Virus record (IMG/VR): IMGVR_UViG_3300043399_000099
Location: 1 to 56,622 of that record
Source: a virus
Taxonomy: Duplodnaviria; Caudoviricetes
Direction: 5' to 3' (one strand)
DNA length: 56,622 nt
This document shows positions 1-7,269 of the stretch, in pieces. Made by a program: the position numbers and the translations under genes. The notes under the pieces are model-generated. The model worked only from the letters and a program-made list of their open reading frames with translations, had not been told where the DNA came from and did no database searches. Position 1 is the stretch's first letter. Each line of letters starts with the position of its first letter.

Positions 1-235
1 GAGCAGTTGGATCATTCATAACTTCAAACATACTGAATGCAGCCTTAACTCCAACATGGGCAATGAACTTCTTGGTAAGCTCAGCGATCTCATCCTCAAG
101 GCTAGTCACAATGTCCTTAGTGGAATATTTATCACTGTAGCCAGCCAGCTTCTTAGCTTGTACAAAATCACCCCGTGCCTCTTCAAAGAGGACAGAAAGA
201 AATCTCTGTTGGTTATCTGTAAGCTCTCTAGCCAT
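1..235 (-). CDS. Duplicated 5' part of the putative terminase small subunit (see 56257-56619)
   Basis: Lies within the terminal overlap; ATG at 235. Confidence 0.8.
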   Translation of the reverse strand, partial: MARELTDNQQRFLSVLFEEARGDFVQAKKLAGYSDKYSTKDIVTSLEDEIAELTKKFIAHVGVKAAFSMFEVMNDPTA

Positions 236-238
236 GTT
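1..238. repeat. Terminal direct repeat, copy 1 (circular assembly overlap)
   Basis: Identical to 56385-56622 except T128 vs G56512. Confidence 0.97.
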
Positions 239-239
239 C

Positions 240-605
240 TTATCCAATCGGAATAAAAGTTTCAGTTACAGTACAGGCAGCATCCAGCCTCATTGCGCTG
301 TTGCTTGTAGCCTTAACTTTTACAGTATCCCCCGGCTGCAATACAAGAGTTGCTCCTGTAAAAAGGATAAACTCCCCAATGGAAATATTCTTTCCACCAA
401 GGAGGTGGCAGATTTCACCATCTGTTGCAGTAGTCCAAGTCACATCAATAGAAGGACTGTCTGTCACACCAACAAGAAGAAGCATGGTCATTTCAGCTAC
501 ACAGTTTGCAGGACAAGTATAGAGAGTGTAGTTAGTCCCACTTACTGTGCAGCTTATATGTAGACTTCTTGATCTAGCTGGTTTACCCTGAGATACAAGT
601 GTCAT
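240..605 (-). CDS. Hypothetical beta-rich protein, probable virion component
   Basis: 121 aa; LYTCPAN and LVLQPGDTVKV motifs; tightly packed in the late operon. Confidence 0.7.
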   Translation of the reverse strand: MTLVSQGKPARSRSLHISCTVSGTNYTLYTCPANCVAEMTMLLLVGVTDSPSIDVTWTTATDGEICHLLGGKNISIGEFILFTGATLVLQPGDTVKVKATSNSAMRLDAACTVTETFIPIG

Positions 606-608
606 TAG

Positions 609-1088
609 TTACCCTTTGTACTTAGAAAATCCACCGCCAGAGAGAATATCCCCCAGTTTTTGGAAAGGATTCTTTGCAGTGGGCTTTGTGGTAGTTTTAG
701 TGATAGCGGTTACTTTTGGTCTATTGGCTGCACGACTCTTTTCACGAGCAGCTTTAGCATCTGCCTTAGCTTTCTCCATCATGCTCATCTTAGGTGCTAC
801 CTTACCAGCAACACTACGAGATGCACCACTCAAGCTTGGAGCAGCTTTCTGACCAGAGATTTCTGCAGCTTTAGCAGGACGTTTTGCAGCAGAAGAAACT
901 TTAGGTATAGCACCTGAGGCTGAGTTTAGTCCAGCAGGTTTAGCTTTTGGTTTTGTCCCTGTAGCTGAGGCAGCTTGCTTTTTATCATCAGCTCTATCTG
1001 TAGAGTAAGACTTACCTTGCCACATGAAGGTTTTACCAGCACCTTTCTCTTTACGAGCAGCAGCGAAGGCTTCCTTAAATGTTGCCAT
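609..1088 (-). CDS. Basic Lys/Ala-rich protein with N-terminal FKEAFAAAR...GKTFxWxGKxYST motif
   Basis: 159 aa ORF in the late operon; motif recurrent in aquatic phage proteins. Confidence 0.75.
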   Translation of the reverse strand: MATFKEAFAAARKEKGAGKTFMWQGKSYSTDRADDKKQAASATGTKPKAKPAGLNSASGAIPKVSSAAKRPAKAAEISGQKAAPSLSGASRSVAGKVAPKMSMMEKAKADAKAAREKSRAANRPKVTAITKTTTKPTAKNPFQKLGDILSGGGFSKYKG

Positions 1089-1090
1089 AA

Positions 1091-1321
1091 TTACTTCTTA
1101 CCCTTCTTAGCCATACCCTTGGCTTTGGCCATGCCACCTTTAGCCATACCCATAGGCTTCTCTGCCATACCACCATATGCCATACCTTTAGTTTTAGCCA
1201 TACCACCTTTAGCCATACCAGTCTTAGGTAGCATGATTGGGGTGCCGGGTTTCTTTGGCATAGGGATAGGCTTCTTCGAGATAGGTGCAGGCTTCTTTGG
1301 CATTGGAGTAGGTTTAATCAT
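1091..1321 (-). CDS. Low-complexity basic protein with PMPKK and GMAxGG repeats
   Basis: 76 aa; 2-nt gaps to both neighbours. Confidence 0.7.
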   Translation of the reverse strand: MIKPTPMPKKPAPISKKPIPMPKKPGTPIMLPKTGMAKGGMAKTKGMAYGGMAEKPMGMAKGGMAKAKGMAKKGKK

Positions 1322-1323
1322 AA

Positions 1324-1506
1324 TTATTTCTTCCCTTTGATTTTGCCAGCTTCACTTAAAGCTATGGCGATTGCTTGTTTCCGACTCTTTACAACTCGTG
1401 CTTTCTTTGGCCCCTTAGGGTCAACACCAGAGTGTAACTTTTTATCCTTGAACTCACCTAGAACCTTGGCGATCTTGGCTTGTGCTTTGGTGGGTTTCTT
1501 AGCCAT
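1324..1506 (-). CDS. Small basic protein, DUF6496-like
   Basis: KIAKVLGEFK..KLHSG...VKSRKQAIAIALSEA motif. Confidence 0.75.
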   Translation of the reverse strand: MAKKPTKAQAKIAKVLGEFKDKKLHSGVDPKGPKKARVVKSRKQAIAIALSEAGKIKGKK

Positions 1507-1886
1507 TAGGATTTCTTTCTAAACTTAGCTGTCTTAGCTGCGATAGCCTTGGGCTGCTTTACAAACTGTTTACCTGCTGCAGTTCCAGCACGTTTTGCTT
1601 TAGTGGTAGCAGCATACTCAGAATCGGAAAGAGCTTCCCTAGCTTTCTTTGGGAGATAGCGTTCACCTGTCTTGTTGGAAGGCTTACCACTCTTTGTACC
1701 CCAGTCCTCTTTAGTCCACTTAGTCATAGACTTTTGAGCTTTGGTTTTCTCACCAGTGTACTTTCCACCAGCATCTTTATAGAGCTTACCTGCAAGTTGC
1801 ATTGCTCTGGCAGAATGTTCTCCACCCATCTTAGCTTTGGCCTTAGCCTTAGACTTTTCCCAGAGGGCTTCGTTAGTCCTGCCCAT
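1506..1886 (-). CDS. Basic protein, DUF5872-like
   Basis: SARAMQLA..YK.AGG.Y...W.KEDW.T....GERYLP motif. Confidence 0.75.
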   Translation of the reverse strand: MGRTNEALWEKSKAKAKAKMGGEHSARAMQLAGKLYKDAGGKYTGEKTKAQKSMTKWTKEDWGTKSGKPSNKTGERYLPKKAREALSDSEYAATTKAKRAGTAAGKQFVKQPKAIAAKTAKFRKKS

Positions 1887-1888
1887 AG

Positions 1889-2287
1889 TTAATCTTCTTC
1901 TTCTTCTTCGTATTCAGCCATAGGATCATTGCTTTCCCATGCTTGGCATACACGTAGGTTGTGGCAGATAAAGTCAAACTTCTTGCAGTAGCCACGGCCA
2001 CCACCAGTTGCATCAAACTCGTTGAAAGGAATCTGTTCCAAAGCTTTGAGCATCTTTGGGGTATCCACGAAGTATTCGCAGTTAGCACAAAGTTGGCGAC
2101 GAGCTTGTTTCTCCTCGATGTTCCAGACCTTAGCGATCTCAGACCAGAAGGGTGCGTTATCTCCGGGCTTCTCAGAGCCTTCTTCAGGCCCAAGCGTCCA
2201 GTATTCCGCAAGCCATTTGGTAATCTCAAGATTCTCTTTAGCTGTTGGAATCTCTTCAGTTGGAATCATCAGTCCAAGCATTGTCAT
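1889..2287 (-). CDS. Cys-rich protein with HiPIP-like Cys spacing
   Basis: CANCEYF...GYCKKF...C....CQAW. Confidence 0.65.
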   Translation of the reverse strand: MTMLGLMIPTEEIPTAKENLEITKWLAEYWTLGPEEGSEKPGDNAPFWSEIAKVWNIEEKQARRQLCANCEYFVDTPKMLKALEQIPFNEFDATGGGRGYCKKFDFICHNLRVCQAWESNDPMAEYEEEEED

Positions 2288-2332
2288 TTAACCTTATTTA
2301 TATTAAAAGCTTCTATTACCACTTAAGTCAAC

Positions 2333-2626
2333 TCACCACTTCACTCGGTGACTCCAGAATTTTGCAGATAGCTTGGTCGTTGGCTTACCTTGAGCGTTAT
2401 GTCTAGCATAGTAGCTCTTTTTTCTTGCTTTATCCTCAGCAGATTTAGGATTATCCCCTGCACCTACCACACCTTGTTGTCCAAAACGTACAAGTTTGTA
2501 CTTTTCGCCCTCTTTAGCCATCACAACATGAGATTTAGTGGGGTGAGAAGGGGTTTTCTTGGGTTTATTTACACCAGATACGCCTATTTCCGCCATTTTA
2601 TTTTTGATACGAGGTGGGACAGCCAT
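2333..2626 (-). CDS. Conserved basic phage protein
   Basis: GVSGVNKPKKTPSHPTKSHVV...RFGQQG...SYYARH...SAKFWS. Confidence 0.75.
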   Translation of the reverse strand: MAVPPRIKNKMAEIGVSGVNKPKKTPSHPTKSHVVMAKEGEKYKLVRFGQQGVVGAGDNPKSAEDKARKKSYYARHNAQGKPTTKLSAKFWSHRVKW

Positions 2627-2973
2627 AGATAAATCCTATTTCCGATGTATTGTGGTGTTGGTAGTACCCATGCTATCATCAACATTACGATAAGCCACGG
2701 GGAAGTCTCGTTGATTACAACATTTTCAACAGATTCAGTCTTAACCCTGTTATCTTGTGCTTGAATCTGCTCAACTCTATTGCTATGACCCTCAATCTTA
2801 TCAATCTTTTGATCACCACTAGTCTCTGACGTACCTATCGTTTGGGTTGCTACCTTAGCCACTTGAGTATTAGCTGCTACGTTTGGCCCCGCCCCCGTCA
2901 GGAGCTTCATTGGTAGGCTGCTGCAACTGCTTAGCCCAACTATCAAGACCAAAGGCAGCACCAAGGAACGCAA
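2584..2973 (-). CDS. Putative unimolecular spanin (lipoprotein with C-terminal TM segment); TTG start at 2973 inferred
   Basis: Hydrophobic stretch plus lipobox LSSC; C-terminal PWLIVMLMIAWVLP; directly after the holin and endolysin. Confidence 0.6.
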   Translation of the reverse strand: MRSLVLPLVLIVGLSSCSSLPMKLLTGAGPNVAANTQVAKVATQTIGTSETSGDQKIDKIEGHSNRVEQIQAQDNRVKTESVENVVINETSPWLIVMLMIAWVLPTPQYIGNRIYLWLSHLVSKIKWRK

Positions 2974-3079
2974 AGATAGGCCACACAAGGATTTCGACAA
3001 TGTTAGCATCCTTCACCTCAACGACATAAGCCAGCCAGATCAGAAGGGCTACGGCAACTTCTCTCTTGTAGGTCTTCAC
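2870..3079 (-). CDS. Putative holin
   Basis: 69 aa, two hydrophobic segments, in the lysis cassette. Confidence 0.65.
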   Translation of the reverse strand: MKTYKREVAVALLIWLAYVVEVKDANIVEILVWPIFAFLGAAFGLDSWAKQLQQPTNEAPDGGGAKRSS

Positions 3080-3312
3080 TTGATCAGTCCACCATTGATG
3101 ACCCAGACAACTGCAGCAGATATAAATCCTCCAACAACAAACAGTAGTGACTTGTCACGAAGTTCGGTTCTACGCTTCTCCGATGCACTCATATTCTCCA
3201 CTGTCTTATTCAGAACAGCGATAGTCAGATTGAGTTCATTGATGGTTGCACAGAGTCTGGCAATTTCTTCTTCCAGTCTCTCAACTCGCCTAAGCGTATC
3301 TTCCTCGGCCAT
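3076..3312 (-). CDS. Coiled-coil protein with C-terminal TM segment (XhlA/holin-like)
   Basis: Heptad N-terminus, hydrophobic C-terminus; adjacent to the endolysin. Confidence 0.6.
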   Translation of the reverse strand: MAEEDTLRRVERLEEEIARLCATINELNLTIAVLNKTVENMSASEKRRTELRDKSLLFVVGGFISAAVVWVINGGLIK

Positions 3313-3719
3313 TACTTATAGACCTTTGCAGATAGTTGATGATGGGGTGCATCCCAGCCCCAGTCCCATCCATGTTCCATCTCAATGTCTAAGTCTTTGG
3401 CAGCTTGCTTCATAGCTTCATAGATTGGCTTGTACGCATCCCAGTCATCTGAGTTAGGGATACCATCAACATCATGATCCCCTTTGTAGGGATGTGGGTG
3501 TAGGTCTACAGCATGGCCAGTAAGGTGACGAGAGTTCATGGTACGAGAAGCACCACTGGCTACCAGCCGCTTCTGACGCTCTAGGCTACGCACACCTTCA
3601 CCAACTGTAAAGTCTTGAGTGGTAGTTGTGATAGCCTTCTCGACCACCTTAATGAGATCAGCGTGGACACCCTTAAGGTTCTCTCTGGATTTTGCCCCAA
3701 GACTAAAGCTCATTCCCAT
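3312..3719 (-). CDS. Endolysin, peptidase M15 family (L-Ala-D-Glu peptidase-like)
   Basis: EGVRS..RQ...SRHLTGHAVD and DAPH motifs. Confidence 0.9.
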   Translation of the reverse strand: MGMSFSLGAKSRENLKGVHADLIKVVEKAITTTTQDFTVGEGVRSLERQKRLVASGASRTMNSRHLTGHAVDLHPHPYKGDHDVDGIPNSDDWDAYKPIYEAMKQAAKDLDIEMEHGWDWGWDAPHHQLSAKVYK

Positions 3720-3952
3720 TCCCTTTTTCGTTCTGGTTCAAAGACATCTCGTTTCTTAAGATGCCCTTCAAGATACATTGCTCTCTCAACTCTATCCAAA
3801 CTATACCTAACGCCAGTAGCTTGATGAATCGCTTCTCGAACATAGAACACATCAGAACGAGGGATGTGTACCCGTTGTAGAACCTTTTCGTCACCAGCAG
3901 CAAGTGCCTTGTAGAACTGACCTAGTACGTCTTCATCTGAGAAATACTTCAT
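3710..3952 (-). CDS. Hypothetical protein, probably translated from a leaderless mRNA
   Basis: 80 aa; ATG 5 nt after a TATAAC box; no SD. Confidence 0.7.
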   Translation of the reverse strand: MKYFSDEDVLGQFYKALAAGDEKVLQRVHIPRSDVFYVREAIHQATGVRYSLDRVERAMYLEGHLKKRDVFEPERKREWE

Positions 3953-3955
3953 CCG

Positions 3956-3986
3956 TAGTTATACTCCAAGTGTCTCCATAGTCAAG
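3956..3986 (-). promoter_or_regulatory. Late-arm promoter CTTGAC-N17-TATAAC
   Basis: Same boxes, spacing and AGTATAACTA as the capsid promoter at 47259-47289. Confidence 0.7.
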
Positions 3987-4049
3987 CTTTATCTTGAATG
4001 AACGACAATACAAATTATTTTCTAGAGGGTACTTGAAATTTGCTTTCTC

Positions 4050-4257
4050 CTACCTACGTATATACTTAATGATATACATGATGTTCTACCTCATGCTTCC
4101 TTATGTTTTTCCTATATTTATATATAAGAATAAGTAATACTTAAGGTATCATTATGAAAGCATAAGGTAGCTTAGGGTAGCTTAAGGTACCTTTATGAGT
4201 ACCTTATGTCTCTCATGATGTATCTCATCATGTATCTCTTTAAGTATACTTAAGTAA
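4050..4257. repeat. AT-rich iteron-like region (CTTAAG, TACTTAAGTA, CATGATG repeats); candidate origin
   Basis: Non-coding; many short imperfect repeats. Confidence 0.55.
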
Positions 4258-4284
4258 AATACCCGCGATCCACCCTTTTGTCAA
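4256..4284 (-). promoter_or_regulatory. Sigma70-like promoter TTGACA-N17-TATTTT
   Basis: Consensus -35 with 17-nt spacer, pointing toward the late arm. Confidence 0.6.
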
Positions 4285-4828
4285 TACCCTATTTCAAATA
4301 AATTAGAAGAAATGTACTAGGCTTCCCATGTGGGACTCTTCGAGATTGACTTAAGGAAGGTTCTGCGGGAGATACCTAAGCTTTGACCTTGGTGAATCAC
4401 CCGCCATCTGGTGTACAGCCCTAAGATAGCTAAAAGCGCCACGGAGAGAGTTGCCAGATGGGGTCTAATGGTTTTTGTAGGTGAGGGTAGCCGAGACATC
4501 TAGAGGCTCTGTAGGGTGCCTCCTAGGGCTTCTACAACTGTGGTGTCAGGATACCGTGTATGTGTGGATCATACTGGTGTTAACCATGTGACCTCTTTCT
4601 GGTTAACACTTATTGGTTTCCCTAATTTCTGGCAGAGTGTGTATACGCTAACGTGACACCCCCGTATGGCCCATGCCCGCCCCCCTGATCCGCCCGGATA
4701 GGCATAGGTACAGGGCTTCGCCCCAGAATGTTTGTCTTCGGGATGCCAACACATTGATTTTCAACAACAAAATACAGAATGAATCTTTATGCTTTACCGA
4801 AGGTAGGGGAGTTTTTGGTGGGGTTTCC

Positions 4829-4907
4829 CACATCATGCCGCAATGCAGCGAAAGCATGAACGTCATCATGCCATCATCATGTCATCATCATGCCAGCATC
4901 ATCATGT
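4829..4907. repeat. (CAT)n / CATCATG short repeat tract
   Basis: About 5 copies of CATCATG in 80 bp. Confidence 0.85.
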
Positions 4908-4987
4908 TCGCTTTTCCTTGCGCATTATGCTCGCCAAAAGATTGCCGTCTCACAGCTCCCCTTTTCGTCCCCTCTCCCTTTAGGGAG

Positions 4988-5012
4988 GATATGTCGGATC
5001 GTCCGACAGGTC
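4988..5012. promoter_or_regulatory. Early-region palindrome, copy 1
   Basis: GATA-TGTCGGA-TCG-TCCGACA-GGTC. Confidence 0.85.
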
Positions 5013-5047
5013 AGCCTTTTGGCCCACTACCTTCGGTAAAATAGGGC

Positions 5048-5080
5048 TTGACAGCGGTTTCGTTTTGAGGTTTTGTTAAT
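5048..5080 (+). promoter_or_regulatory. Probable early sigma70 promoter
   Basis: TTGACA at 5048; weak -10; upstream of the first + strand gene. Confidence 0.45.
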
Positions 5081-5134
5081 AGGCCAAGTCGGCAAATCAC
5101 TTGAAACACCCCAAAGGGGAAACGGAGAAAAATC

Positions 5135-5722
5135 ATGGCTAACATTGCTAACGTAGTTATCGCTTCGGATTCTGTCGTTATGGTCGGCAAGAAAAAATTC
5201 ACCCTTGATGCAGCGGTCAAGCATGCCGTTGCCGTCTATGATGCCATGTGGTTGCTTCAAGAGAAGCAGTTGGGTCACTACAAGGAAATCGGGGAAATCC
5301 TCCTAGGATTGCAAAGCCTGTTTGGCGACAACAAGGTTGCCTTCGGCAAGTATCTTGAGGGTTCTGACCTTGGTCAGATGTCACGTCAGGATCGTTCAGA
5401 TGCCATGTTCCTCGCCGCAAACTGGACTAAAGTCCAGCAAATGAACAAAAGCGGTGCATTGGATACTCTTGGAGTATCGGCAATCCGTAAGCGTCTCAAA
5501 GCTGCCGAAGGCAAAGGTTCCAATGGGGCTGGAAAGCGGAAAGAGGATCAGGCCGTATCCCCTAAAGGGGAAACCGAAGGTGATGCAGCCCCTAAGGCAA
5601 AGCCTTTGGCTGTACAGAACGAGGCTGAATTGGCCGCTATGGTGATGCAGATTATCGTAGATAATAAGTTCAACATGACTGTGTTTGCCAAGGCTCTGGC
5701 AGAACTGCGGAAGGGGGCGTAA
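5135..5722 (+). CDS. First early protein; possible DUF3102/ParB-like HTH DNA-binding protein
   Basis: SD GGAG; EIGEIL...AFGKYL...SRQDRSDAMFLA pattern resembles DUF3102. ORF certain, function tentative. Confidence 0.6.
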   Translation: MANIANVVIASDSVVMVGKKKFTLDAAVKHAVAVYDAMWLLQEKQLGHYKEIGEILLGLQSLFGDNKVAFGKYLEGSDLGQMSRQDRSDAMFLAANWTKVQQMNKSGALDTLGVSAIRKRLKAAEGKGSNGAGKRKEDQAVSPKGETEGDAAPKAKPLAVQNEAELAAMVMQIIVDNKFNMTVFAKALAELRKGA

Positions 5723-5727
5723 GCCCC
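5714..5727 (+). terminator. GC hairpin at the end of the first early gene
   Basis: GGGGC-GTAA-GCCCC; no clear U-tract. Confidence 0.35.
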
Positions 5728-5799
5728 CCACTACCTCACCCACATCATAGCACTGCATTAACCCCTACGGGGGTTTTTGTCGTTAGTGCAAAGCACTAG

Positions 5800-5824
5800 G
5801 ATATGTCGGACGATCCGACAGATA
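5800..5824. promoter_or_regulatory. Early-region palindrome, copy 2
   Basis: GATA-TGTCGGA-CGA-TCCGACA-GATA. Confidence 0.85.
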
Positions 5825-5857
5825 GCATCCCCTTTAGGGGATAGATTGGAGAACGAT

Positions 5858-5929
5858 ATGCGATACTGGATGCTTGCCCTAGCGGCATATGGCTTGTGCC
5901 TCACCCTTGCCTATGCGTTAATGACATGA
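5858..5929 (+). CDS. 23-aa hydrophobic micropeptide MRYWMLALAAYGLCLTLAYALMT
   Basis: SD GGAG 6 nt upstream; ATGA overlap with the next ORF; not in the ORF track. Confidence 0.55.
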   Translation: MRYWMLALAAYGLCLTLAYALMT

Positions 5930-6135
5930 TGCACAGGCGTGACCGTATGGCGCAGCGCGCTGACAAGTGGTGGCGTAGCGTGTGGCATATGCAGATGTGT
6001 ATGTCCGCGCGTGGCCCAGTGACGAGTCCCAAAACCTTGACAGACGGGGCAGATCATGCCAATGTCATTGGACTAAAGCGAAACCAGACCAGATATGTCG
6101 GACGATCCGACAGGTCGAACCAACAGGAGGAATGA
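5926..6135 (+). CDS. Hypothetical protein (uncertain)
   Basis: ATGA coupling to the upstream peptide, but spans a promoter and a palindrome. Confidence 0.35.
   Translation: MMHRRDRMAQRADKWWRSVWHMQMCMSARGPVTSPKTLTDGADHANVIGLKRNQTRYVGRSDRSNQQEE
6037..6065 (+). promoter_or_regulatory. Early promoter TTGACA-N17-CAATGT
   Basis: Consensus -35; TG extension before -10. Confidence 0.55.
6092..6116. promoter_or_regulatory. Early-region palindrome, copy 3
   Basis: GATA-TGTCGGA-CGA-TCCGACA-GGTC. Confidence 0.85.
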
Positions 6136-6136
6136 T

Positions 6137-6409
6137 ATGTGGAATGTAGTTATGGCAAAGGTGTGGATGTCGTTTGTGTGTCTTGAGTGGGAGCGTGAGT
6201 GCAATGGCATTATGCAGCACCTGAGTGTGTCGTTGTATAATGATGGGCCTATGGCTGTGCGTGTGACCTGCACCACTCCCGTCAAGGCTGACGAGTCCCG
6301 CTTCAAGCGCACCTTTGAGATGGGTGAGATGGCCCGCCGCTACCTCAAGGATGACGAGTCCCTTGATGACCTGTTCAACCACGTATTCTTTAACGGAAAG
6401 GATTGCTAA
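6137..6409 (+). CDS. Hypothetical early protein
   Basis: SD AGGAGG before ATG 6137. Confidence 0.75.
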   Translation: MWNVVMAKVWMSFVCLEWERECNGIMQHLSVSLYNDGPMAVRVTCTTPVKADESRFKRTFEMGEMARRYLKDDESLDDLFNHVFFNGKDC

Positions 6410-6410
6410 G

Positions 6411-6683
6411 ATGCTGATCACGATGAAATCCCAGATGACTGGTGTGATCCACACCAAGGACATCAGCATGACCCAAGACCAGTATGATGACTGGCTGATG
6501 GGTGCTGACCTGATCCAAGATGCCCTGCCCCACCTGTCTGACAGTGAGCGTGAGTTCCTGATGACGGGGATCACTGACGAGGAGTGGGATTCTTTAGCGG
6601 ATTCCCTCACGCTGGATGATGACTATGATGGGTGGGATCACGAGGATGACCCGTCAGAGGATGATATGCTTTGGACTACCTAA
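6411..6683 (+). CDS. Conserved acidic phage protein
   Basis: SD AAGGA; LIQDALPHLS..EREFLMTGIT.EEW motif. Confidence 0.75.
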   Translation: MLITMKSQMTGVIHTKDISMTQDQYDDWLMGADLIQDALPHLSDSEREFLMTGITDEEWDSLADSLTLDDDYDGWDHEDDPSEDDMLWTT

Positions 6684-6695
6684 CTGGTTGAAAGA

Positions 6696-6731
6696 TTATT
6701 GCACCTCAGGCTAATGCTTGGGGTGTGATGA
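6696..6731 (+). other. 16-bp RNA hairpin with G-U pairs (RNase III-site-like)
   Basis: TTATTGCACCTCAGGC-TAAT-GCTTGGGGTGTGATGA. Confidence 0.6.
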
Positions 6732-6744
6732 TAAGGCAACCAAG

Positions 6745-6769
6745 GATATGTCGGACAGTCCGACAGATA
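6745..6769. promoter_or_regulatory. Early-region palindrome, copy 4
   Basis: GATA-TGTCGGA-CAG-TCCGACA-GATA, abutting the SD of the 6780 gene. Confidence 0.85.
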
Positions 6770-6779
6770 GGAGAACACG

Positions 6780-7208
6780 ATGGACTACTTGAGCAAGACA
6801 ACACCCCTGTACACCAGTGAAGTGAATGGGTGGACGAATGTGTACCGCCATGATGAGGTGGAGTGGGATGATGGTCGTCCCTATGGACAGGCTTGCTGCC
6901 AGTTGCTGAGGCATACGGCTGATGAGCCTGCTACATGGTGGACAGTGGGCGTGTACACGCAGTATAGGCAGTATGGTGGGCCTGAAGAAGGCGGCTGGTA
7001 CTATGATGCTGGTGACATAACATGGCATGGTGCGATGAAGTTCTTCGACAACTATGATGAGGCTGAGGCTTATCGTGATAAGTTGTGGGATTCTGTTGAG
7101 AAAGAGAACGTCAAGGAACGTGGGGCTGAGGTGCGTCTGACTGTGCGCTGCACCACTGAGTCTATGCCTGACACGCACTACCCCAAGACACGACCCTACT
7201 ACAGCTAA
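6780..7208 (+). CDS. Conserved hypothetical phage protein
   Basis: SD AGGAG; YGGPEEGGWYYD motif. Confidence 0.8.
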   Translation: MDYLSKTTPLYTSEVNGWTNVYRHDEVEWDDGRPYGQACCQLLRHTADEPATWWTVGVYTQYRQYGGPEEGGWYYDAGDITWHGAMKFFDNYDEAEAYRDKLWDSVEKENVKERGAEVRLTVRCTTESMPDTHYPKTRPYYS

Positions 7209-7212
7209 ACCA

Positions 7213-7247
7213 TTGACAGGTGTGGTTCCTTGGGCTACACCTGTTGA
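7213..7247 (+). other. 16-bp RNA hairpin with G-U pairs (RNase III-site-like)
   Basis: TTGACAGGTGTGGTTC-CTT-GGGCTACACCTGTTGA. Confidence 0.6.
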
Positions 7248-7269
7248 ACCGAAACATGAGGAGACTGAC

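Noticed and set aside
1-238. Terminal repeat as the biological direct terminal repeat
   Set aside because: It begins mid-gene inside a tightly packed operon, which fits a circular assembly overlap better
4317-5044. Short ORFs in the divergence region
   Set aside because: No convincing SDs; translations reflect the repeat tracts; the region looks regulatory or terminal
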